Origin: a virus
Strand: one strand, 5' to 3'
Virus record (IMG/VR): IMGVR_UViG_3300046660_000306
DNA: 36,208 nucleotides
Shown: positions 27,328 through 32,782 of the stretch, in pieces
Numbering within the stretch: the stretch's first letter is position 1
Layout of the letters: each line of letters opens with the position of its first letter
Position numbers and translations under genes: made by a program
Notes under the pieces: generated by a model
Told to the model about the DNA's origin: nothing
The model's database searches: none
Seen by the model: only the letters and a program-made list of their open reading frames with translations

Positions 27328-27361
27328 AAAAAAAAGGCCAAGCATTGTGCTTGGCCTTTTT
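27328..27361. terminator. Bidirectional rho-independent terminator between Q (+) and the orphan gene (-)
   Basis: An A8 run, stem ggccaagc / gcttggcc (27336-27356), loop attgt, then a T5 run. Confidence 0.85.
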
Positions 27362-27371
27362 ATTAGGTGGA

Positions 27372-28031
27372 TCAATTCTGGATCTGAACATCTACGAGCA
27401 AATCTTTCGGCAGCTCGACCTTGGAAATCAGTGCGAGGTGGTATTCCTGCCCATCCTCTTCTGACCAAAGCTTATCCTCCAGTTCGTTGAGTGCTTCTTG
27501 ATCGTTGATTGGATCAAGTGTGGCATCCATCATCTGGTAGTAATAAACCTTAAGATCCAGAGCCAGAGCCCTGGACATCAGGCGTTGCCAGAAGAATTTC
27601 CCTTCATTTGTCTGATGATTATCAGACAGGATGACGTCGTAGCGCTCAAGAATGTAATTGAAGAACACATCCTGAGCGAGGTCACGCAACACCAGCTTAT
27701 GGGCGTCAGCTTGCGAACGCCACACAAGCATCTGCGTAGCCGGACGGCAATTCAAATCATGAATGGAAGAAACCATCACGCGGTTGAAATAGACCACGGA
27801 TTTTTCTACATCATTCAGCAGTGCAACATCGAATTCATGCACGTCGGGGGTTAACGCATCAATCCTCAATAGCCTGTAGCCAGGCGGAAGCGTATGCCTC
27901 GCTGCAGCGCTGATCTCAGTGAGATTCTCCGCAGTAGCGATTCGCTGATACAGGTGTGCATTGTCCGCCGTCCGCACCAAATGGGCGAATTCTTGACGAA
28001 TTACAGCTGGTCTAACGATCAGTTTAGGCAT
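27372..28031 (-). CDS. Orphan 219-aa protein of unknown function, located between portal and cos (cargo position). A TTG start at 28040 is possible.
   Basis: Long ORF in visibly AT-richer DNA than the flanking late genes. Convergent with Q. I recognise no motif. Confidence 0.7.
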   Translation of the reverse strand: MPKLIVRPAVIRQEFAHLVRTADNAHLYQRIATAENLTEISAAARHTLPPGYRLLRIDALTPDVHEFDVALLNDVEKSVVYFNRVMVSSIHDLNCRPATQMLVWRSQADAHKLVLRDLAQDVFFNYILERYDVILSDNHQTNEGKFFWQRLMSRALALDLKVYYYQMMDATLDPINDQEALNELEDKLWSEEDGQEYHLALISKVELPKDLLVDVQIQN

Positions 28032-28110
28032 GGCAACCAAGACATATGAGTGTCTAACGAAGATAAGTACGTAGAAAACGTGTGATAACTATATCAAGAG
28101 TCGCCCACAT

Positions 28111-28150
28111 ACCACAAGGATTCACAAGACTCCACAAGGGGTCACAAGGG
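28111..28150. repeat. Four tandem helically phased 10-bp repeats, nYCACAAGrn
   Basis: accacaagga ttcacaagac tccacaaggg gtcacaaggg. CACAAG occurs at 28113, 28123, 28133 and 28143. Confidence 0.85.
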
Positions 28151-28341
28151 TTCTAAATGTTGGGGCGGCCTTGCCTCAAGAGGTTGTCCTCACTATCGCC
28201 AGCATCGCAGCCTGTCTCTGTTAAGCCGCTAGCACCTGCCTCGATACCCTTTGATCTGTTCAATACACGCAGCGTCAACGACGTTGCACCGATGTGGTGC
28301 GACAAATGAGCGATGAAGTGTCTCTTCACTTGGCGCGCGCC

Positions 28342-28360
28342 GTCGTCCCCCCGCCACGCC
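28342..28360 (-). other. Candidate cos (cohesive end) sequence
   Basis: The minus strand reads GGCGTGGCGGGGGGACGAC. Its first 12 nt equal the 186 cohesive end GGCGTGGCGGGG as I remember it (P2: GGCGAGGCGGGGAAAGCAC). Orientation relative to Q matches P2. Confidence 0.55.
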
Positions 28361-28440
28361 TGCGGGCTAAATGTGTCGTTTTTTCTGCACCCCTGCACCC
28401 AGTTCAAGCCGGCCCAGCCCGGGGCTGTGTGCGTGAATAT

Positions 28441-28450
28441 GGGGGGGGGG
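28441..28450 (+). repeat. G10 homopolymer inside a G/T-rich strand-asymmetric tract (about 28390-28610)
   Basis: atat-gggggggggg-aagcc. Further G6 runs lie at about 28523 and 28577. Confidence 0.9.
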
Positions 28451-28505
28451 AAGCCTGCGAATCCCTGCGAGGGTGGGGTAATTCTGAGAGGTGGCTCGGG
28501 AAAAG

Positions 28506-28776
28506 GGTTAGTTTTTGAAAATGGGGGGAGAGGTGCTTTGCAAGTCCCGTGTTTACTGGGTTTGAGTCCTAACTTTGGGGGGTTAGTTATGGTTAGGTTT
28601 GAGGTAAGTAGTTCGTAAAATATTGATTTATAAGGGTTTTATTTATTGGTTTTTTAACGGTTATAAAGGTTAGGAAATTACCTCTCATAACCCTAAAGCT
28701 AACCTAGGGTACCCACCGCAAAGCCGCGCAGTACAAGCCTTTCAGAGCGATTAGCAAAAAACTAACCTTCCTAACC
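28506..28776. repeat. Iteron array: GGTTAG x4 (28506, 28581, 28591, 28668; plus GGTTAT at 28659) facing CTAACC x3 (28699, 28762, 28771; plus ATAACC at 28687), around an AT-rich core (28611-28660). Candidate replication origin.
   Basis: Hexamers counted by eye. Seven exact copies in 270 bp, with the orientation switching across gtaaaatattgatttataagggttttatttattggtttttt. No credible ORF. Confidence 0.5.
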
Positions 28777-28847
28777 TCTTTCCCGTGGGTCAACATGAAA
28801 AGCCGAAAGCACCTAGGGGGTGGGTGCTGGCAAAGGTCCATCTGATG

Positions 28848-28871
28848 TTGTGCATGCGCGCTGATGCACAA
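28848..28871. repeat. Inverted repeat ttgtgcat-N8-atgcacaa
   Basis: Perfect 8-bp arms read directly. Function unknown. Confidence 0.6.
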
Positions 28872-28890
28872 ACACTCCCAGGATTACAGT

Positions 28891-28914
28891 AACTGTCACC
28901 AAAACTGTCACCAG
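28891..28914. repeat. Tandem 12-bp repeat x2 (aactgtcaccaa / aactgtcaccag), arm-site-like, 46 bp from the att-like core A
   Basis: Same copy number, unit length and offset from the tRNA 3' end as the aaacggccccca x2 repeat beside the int-proximal attP. Confidence 0.6.
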
Positions 28915-28938
28915 CTCTGTGTCGCGTCGACTTGATAC

Positions 28939-29013
28939 CGCTGGAAGCCTTAAAAATAGTGGAGCGGGTGAATGGAATTGAACCCTCGTATCAGCTTGGA
29001 AAGCTTGTGTCGG
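28939..29013 (-). other. att-like site A: a diverged 3' fragment of a tRNA-Gly (UCC-type anticodon loop, degenerate T-stem) plus about 20 nt of shared flank
   Basis: Minus strand: ...caagctTTCCAAgctgatacgagggttcaattccattcacccgctcca. About 67/75 identical to 30258-30332. Confidence 0.7.
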
Positions 29014-29025
29014 TAGTGCTCGAAT

Positions 29026-29472
29026 TTACAAAAGACGAGGTTGGTGGAAATTGGTAGGGCCTTGGTACGCCGGTGCAGGAGTAGCAGGCACGGCCATCCC
29101 ATTGATCCGGATTAACATAGGGGTCAGCGCTCTGTTCTGAAAAACAGTGTGATTTTTACCCCAGTGGACGCTGATAACCCTCGGCTGGATTGATGTTCCA
29201 GCTTTAGGGAGGCCGTTTGGAACAACAGTTGTCGTACCGCTCGCCGTATATACCAATACCCAGTCGCCAACATTCACAAAGCCATGCCCAAACCACAGCA
29301 TGTGATCTCGTATTGGAGAAGTGGTGCCATCCACCGATGGCAATCCGAGAAAGAGGCAATACTCCCCTAGATCACAGGGCGCCTTAACATAGATTGCTAT
29401 GCGTTCGAGGTTAGGCACCCCATGATCAAACACATCCACGATCTGTAGATTTTCTATGGTGCCAATGCCCAT
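29026..29472 (-). CDS. Cassette gene 2: 148-aa soluble, apparently beta-rich protein of unknown function
   Basis: The ATG overlaps the upstream stop (TAATG). AT-rich. The pattern LQIVDV...ERIAIYV...GEYCLFLG...WFGHGF.NVGDWVLVYT is faintly reminiscent of lamin-tail/immunoglobulin-like sandwich domains, but this is a weak impression only. Confidence 0.7.
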   Translation of the reverse strand: MGIGTIENLQIVDVFDHGVPNLERIAIYVKAPCDLGEYCLFLGLPSVDGTTSPIRDHMLWFGHGFVNVGDWVLVYTASGTTTVVPNGLPKAGTSIQPRVISVHWGKNHTVFQNRALTPMLIRINGMAVPATPAPAYQGPTNFHQPRLL

Positions 29473-29972
29473 TAGCGCTTACCTCGACTGGGAATGAAAT
29501 TAGTCAGTAGCAAAAATGCTGCAAAGCCGAAAATCAGATAAGACGAATTGGGATTGTTCTTATAAACGTCTACGGCTATGGAGAACAAAAACGGGCTAAC
29601 GAAAGTGCATGCTCGTTGAGCAAGACCTAGCCTAAAATTTTGGTGGGATCGTTCCTCAAACCGAACGGTTTTGAGCTTTTCTTCGTTGAGTTCAGCGAGC
29701 GCTTGGTCGAGCTTGGACTGAGTTTCTTCAGCCAGAGCTTTTGCTCGATCCCTTTCGTTTACGAGATCGTTCACCCATGCGTCGAAAATACGAGCGCTTT
29801 GGGCTCCACCAAATTTACTAGGGTTCTCGTTTGCCAGACCTCGGAACGTATTCGGCAAAAGCTCTCCTGTCAGAGGCGGTGCCGTATCCGATTGGATGTC
29901 AGGGGTTCCGACTGTTTGGGTTCCGCTAACGCCGTTATCGTTTGGGTCTGGAGCGTCGCTGATTAGATTCAT
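29472..29972 (-). CDS. Cassette gene 1: 166-aa protein with a disordered N-terminus, a coiled coil and two C-terminal TM helices
   Basis: AGGAA lies 6 nt upstream of the ATG at 29972 (another ATG at 29978). ERDRAKALAEETQSKLDQALAELNEEKLK is the coiled coil. FVSPFLFSIAVDV and YLIFGFAAFLLLTNFI are hydrophobic. Confidence 0.7.
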   Translation of the reverse strand: MNLISDAPDPNDNGVSGTQTVGTPDIQSDTAPPLTGELLPNTFRGLANENPSKFGGAQSARIFDAWVNDLVNERDRAKALAEETQSKLDQALAELNEEKLKTVRFEERSHQNFRLGLAQRACTFVSPFLFSIAVDVYKNNPNSSYLIFGFAAFLLLTNFIPSRGKR

Positions 29973-30089
29973 AGCCATTTCCTGGAATGGTCGATCGTCC
30001 TACAGAGCCTTTCGAACTGAACCGGGAGCCCTAGGTACTTCGCGCCGGTCATGGCCGAATCTTTGTTACGTCACTTATTACGTATTGCG

Positions 30090-30123
30090 GATAAACGAAA
30101 GGCCCGCATTGCTGCGAGCCTTG
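30090..30123 (-). terminator. Hairpin plus T-rich tail directly downstream of the tRNA-Thr fragment (native tRNA terminator remnant)
   Basis: Minus strand aaggctcgc-agcaat-gcgggcctt followed by tcgttt. Confidence 0.5.
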
Positions 30124-30131
30124 GTTTTGTA

Positions 30132-30181
30132 TGGTGCCGGCACCAGGAGTCGAACCTGGGACCTACTGATTACAAGTCAGT
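30132..30181 (-). pseudogene. 3' fragment (anticodon stem to CCA) of a tRNA-Thr(UGU); the 5' half is absent
   Basis: Minus strand ACTGA-CTTGTAA-TCAGT aggtc CCAGG-TTCGACT-CCTGG TGCCGGC A CCA. The upstream sequence has no D-arm or acceptor. Confidence 0.8.
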
Positions 30182-30208
30182 AAGCTTTGCCTGGACATCC
30201 AAACATTG

Positions 30209-30232
30209 AAACGGCCCCCAAAACGGCCCCCA
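30209..30232. repeat. Tandem 12-bp repeat x2 (aaacggccccca): candidate integrase arm-type sites (P' arm)
   Basis: Perfect tandem repeat read directly, 46 bp from the tRNA-Gly 3' end. Confidence 0.65.
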
Positions 30233-30257
30233 ACTGATTGCAGTCAGGTACATGCAT

Positions 30258-30332
30258 CGCTGGAGGCCTTGAAAATAGTGGAGCGGGTGAAGGGAATCGA
30301 ACCCTCGTTATCAGCTTGGGAAGCTTGGGCGG
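30258..30332 (-). other. attP core: 3' portion of tRNA-Gly(CCC) from the anticodon loop to CCA, plus about 20 nt of flank
   Basis: Minus strand ...aagcTTCCCAAgctgataac GAGGG-TTCGATT-CCCTT CACCCGC T CCA. No 5' half. Adjacent to int. Confidence 0.8.
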
Positions 30333-30452
30333 ATGGTGTTTCAGATTGGCACCGGATGTATGCTTGTGTCCTGAAAAGCCCGCTACGACAGGGCTTTCAG
30401 GACAAGCAGCAATTTCAATGTGTTTCATCGGTTCACCCCATATTTCAGACAT

Positions 30453-30474
30453 ACAGCCCCCGGTAACAGCCCCC
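30453..30474. repeat. Direct repeat ACAGCCCCC x2 (30453-30461, 30466-30474): candidate arm-type sites (P arm)
   Basis: Shares GCCCCC with the 30209-30232 repeats and lies on the other side of the core, just before the int ATG. Confidence 0.55.
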
Positions 30475-30476
30475 AA

Positions 30477-31691
30477 ATGCTCACAGAGAAACAGATCAAG
30501 GCAATGAAGCCAGCGGAAAAGGAGTACACGGTCTCGGATGGGCGTACAGCCCGAGGTGAGGGCGTGCTGCTTCTGCGAGTGCGTCCGAACGGGACGAAGG
30601 AGTTCTACTTCCAGCGCTACAGCAGCGGCAAGAAGATCAAGAACAAGCTCGGCACCTGGCCAACGCTCGGTTTAGCTGACGCTCGGGACCTGTGCCGTGC
30701 TGAAAAGGAAGTGGTGGTTGCAGCCGGCACTTTTCAGGAAGTGATGGATGGCTACATCACCAAACTGTCGGGGGAGGGCGCAGCTTCCGTTGAGGATGTG
30801 AAGTGGTCTTTCAAGCACTACGTTTCCGAACCCTTCCCAAACCTGGTAAAGCTTCCGGCGGTTCTGATTGGACCAGGTGAAATACGGGACATCATTGCCA
30901 AGATGATCGCGAATGGTGTGACCACATACTGCAATCGACTGCGATCGCAGCTACACGCGGCTTTCCAGGTTGCCCTAGAGCAGGAGTTCAACCCTCGCAG
31001 TTATCAGAAAGACAATGTGAAGTTTGGGATCAAAAGCAACCCAGTGGCCAGCGTGCCCGTTCAAGCCGACTGGGAACAGCCAGGCGATCGGGCCTTGTCT
31101 GCAGCAGAACTTGCGCACCTCTGGCAAATGTTGCCGGAGCAATTGAGCGTGGTCACGTCAGAGCTGATCAAATTCTTGATCGCGTCAGGTGGGCAACGCC
31201 CGGAACAGCTGCTCGCAACCGAACGCCGGCACTACCTGAAAGATCACCTTATTATTCGCAACAAGAAGGGGCGAGGGGCTGAAGGAGAGCGCTCGTTGCA
31301 CGTCGTACCCTACAACAAATTGATGCGCCAGAGCCTTAAGACCATGGACGAAATCAATGCGATGAGCCTTTACCCTTTCGAGGGAAAAGTGCCGGATAGT
31401 TCGCTGCACGCAAACTCACTCTCCCGTGCAGTGACCAAGCTGTGCAGCCGACATCCAGACAAATTCAATGGCCCCTTTACCATGCGTGATTTGCGACGGA
31501 CCTGCAAAACGTTGATGGGCGCCGCAGGGCTGAACAAAGAGCTTAGAGATCGCATTCAGGGGCATGCGTTTAATGATGTATCTTCAAAGCATTATGATCG
31601 GTATGACTATTTTAAAGAAAAAAAGCACGGTCTGGATCGTTGGGCTATGTGGTTGCAGAAGAATGCTCTAGTAGCTAGTGTGAATATTTAA
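30477..31691 (+). CDS. int: Tyrosine integrase, P4/CP4-57 type (tRNA-targeting)
   Basis: N-terminus LTEKQIKAMKPAEKEYTVSDG...GLLLRVRPNGTKEFYFQRY (arm-binding domain). C-terminus MRDLRRTCKT...IQGHA...HYDRYDY (catalytic R...H-x-x-R...Y). Confidence 0.9.
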   Translation: MLTEKQIKAMKPAEKEYTVSDGRTARGEGVLLLRVRPNGTKEFYFQRYSSGKKIKNKLGTWPTLGLADARDLCRAEKEVVVAAGTFQEVMDGYITKLSGEGAASVEDVKWSFKHYVSEPFPNLVKLPAVLIGPGEIRDIIAKMIANGVTTYCNRLRSQLHAAFQVALEQEFNPRSYQKDNVKFGIKSNPVASVPVQADWEQPGDRALSAAELAHLWQMLPEQLSVVTSELIKFLIASGGQRPEQLLATERRHYLKDHLIIRNKKGRGAEGERSLHVVPYNKLMRQSLKTMDEINAMSLYPFEGKVPDSSLHANSLSRAVTKLCSRHPDKFNGPFTMRDLRRTCKTLMGAAGLNKELRDRIQGHAFNDVSSKHYDRYDYFKEKKHGLDRWAMWLQKNALVASVNI

Positions 31692-31716
31692 CAGTATTTG
31701 TCAGTAAGGGGGACGT

Positions 31717-32598
31717 ATGGTTGCTATTGATAAAGGTGAAGATGTTGATGGTGAGGCGGTGCTGCGCCGATATATGGATTTGGCTAAGTTCGCATCTCTA
31801 TTGCAAAGTCGCTCTATTTTTCATTGTAAAATGAGTGGCTTTGATGATGGGTTGGAAGGTGGCTTAACATCGAATGATTATTTGGCTTTTACGAATGAGT
31901 TGGCTCATTTTGATTTGGCGAGGGAGCTTTGGCCGGTGGTACAAGAAAGCCAAGAGCAGCGCCAAGTAAGGCTGGATAGGGTAGAGCGTATCAGATCTAT
32001 TGTTGATCAAGAAACATTTGAAACTATATTCGGGCCAATGCTAAAAAATGACGCAGTAGAGTATTTTGAGCGGGCCAGACGGTGGGTATATGTAAGCTGC
32101 TGGAACAAGGCTCAGACAGAGTGTGCGGGTATGTGGTCGTTGTATGGGGCAGATAATTCGATCTGTATCTGTACTACTGTTCATCAGGTTGCTAAGAATT
32201 TGCAGTTTGACGGATTAGAAGTTACCAATGCAGTAATGGCTGAGGTGGATTACTTAGATCATGGGGAGGGCTATTTTGCTGATCAAAAACTTGGCGCTTT
32301 TGTTTCAAAGGCTGAGCCATTTGGTTTTGAAAAGGAGGTTAGAATAATAGCTTGGGATGGTTCAAAGAATTATGGAGAGCTGGCTCAGGAAAATCCATGC
32401 GCAGGGTTTTTTAGCCGTGCTTTAGACCTTAATTTAATAATTAATAAAATTGTCGTGTCACCAAAGGCAGATAGTTGGTTTAAAGCGGTGGTGGAAAAAC
32501 TGTGCAATGTGTATGGGTTAAATGTAGCAATCGAACACTCTTCGTTGCTTTCCCCTCGTATCTCACACTTAACTGATACGAGTCTATTTCGCAAATGA
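31717..32598 (+). CDS. DUF2971-like protein (293 aa), AT-rich cargo immediately downstream of int
   Basis: AGGGGGA RBS. N-terminal segment LRRYMDLAKFASLLQSRSIFHCKMSGFDDGLEG, and later WVYVSCWNK...ECAGMWSLYG, match my memory of DUF2971 motifs. Confidence 0.8.
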   Translation: MVAIDKGEDVDGEAVLRRYMDLAKFASLLQSRSIFHCKMSGFDDGLEGGLTSNDYLAFTNELAHFDLARELWPVVQESQEQRQVRLDRVERIRSIVDQETFETIFGPMLKNDAVEYFERARRWVYVSCWNKAQTECAGMWSLYGADNSICICTTVHQVAKNLQFDGLEVTNAVMAEVDYLDHGEGYFADQKLGAFVSKAEPFGFEKEVRIIAWDGSKNYGELAQENPCAGFFSRALDLNLIINKIVVSPKADSWFKAVVEKLCNVYGLNVAIEHSSLLSPRISHLTDTSLFRK

Positions 32599-32611
32599 TC
32601 GGATAGGCCGT

Positions 32612-32782
32612 CTATGCGGCCTCTGTGGTGGTCTGCCATGTTTCGAACGCTGATTCCCGCCAGCCAACGTGTCCGGCAGAAATCACCACGGACTTAGGAA
32701 GCCTATCTCGTTTAATCTTCAGCCAGAGTGTAGTCCGGGAAGGCGAGGTGACGCTCAATACCTCTTTCTCTCCCTGATTCAA
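32612..32782 (-). CDS. AlpA-family (MerR-like HTH) paralogue 1. N-terminally shortened or degenerate, with a possible TTG start coupled to the upstream stop (TTGA).
   Basis: GEKEVLSVTSPSRTTLWLKIKRDRLPKSVVISAGHVGWRESAFETWQ parallels the 33917-34129 protein. No clean ATG or RBS, so it may be a pseudogene. Confidence 0.45.
   Translation of the reverse strand: MNQGEKEVLSVTSPSRTTLWLKIKRDRLPKSVVISAGHVGWRESAFETWQTTTEAA

Noticed and set aside
28153-28618. ORFs of 74-101 aa (28153-28407 minus; 28294-28518 and 28313-28618 plus) in the cos/ori tract
   Set aside because: They run across the candidate cos site, the G10 run and the iterons. They have no RBS and give odd Gly/Arg/Cys-rich translations. The tract is better explained as cis-acting DNA.
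28505-28710. Resemblance of GGGTTAG / CCCTAA to eukaryotic telomere repeats
   Set aside because: The copies are dispersed rather than tandem, and they sit in a circular, cos-packaged phage. The resemblance is a coincidence of a short hexamer, and an iteron interpretation fits better.
28100-28920. Possible CRISPR array among the short repeats
   Set aside because: The repeat units are only 6-12 bp with no regular repeat-spacer periodicity of CRISPR size, and there are no cas genes.
28960-30326. Three tRNA-like segments as functional tRNA genes
   Set aside because: Each has only the anticodon-loop-to-CCA portion. No acceptor 5' strand or D-arm can be found upstream, and copy A also has a broken T-stem. 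They are att cores or scars.
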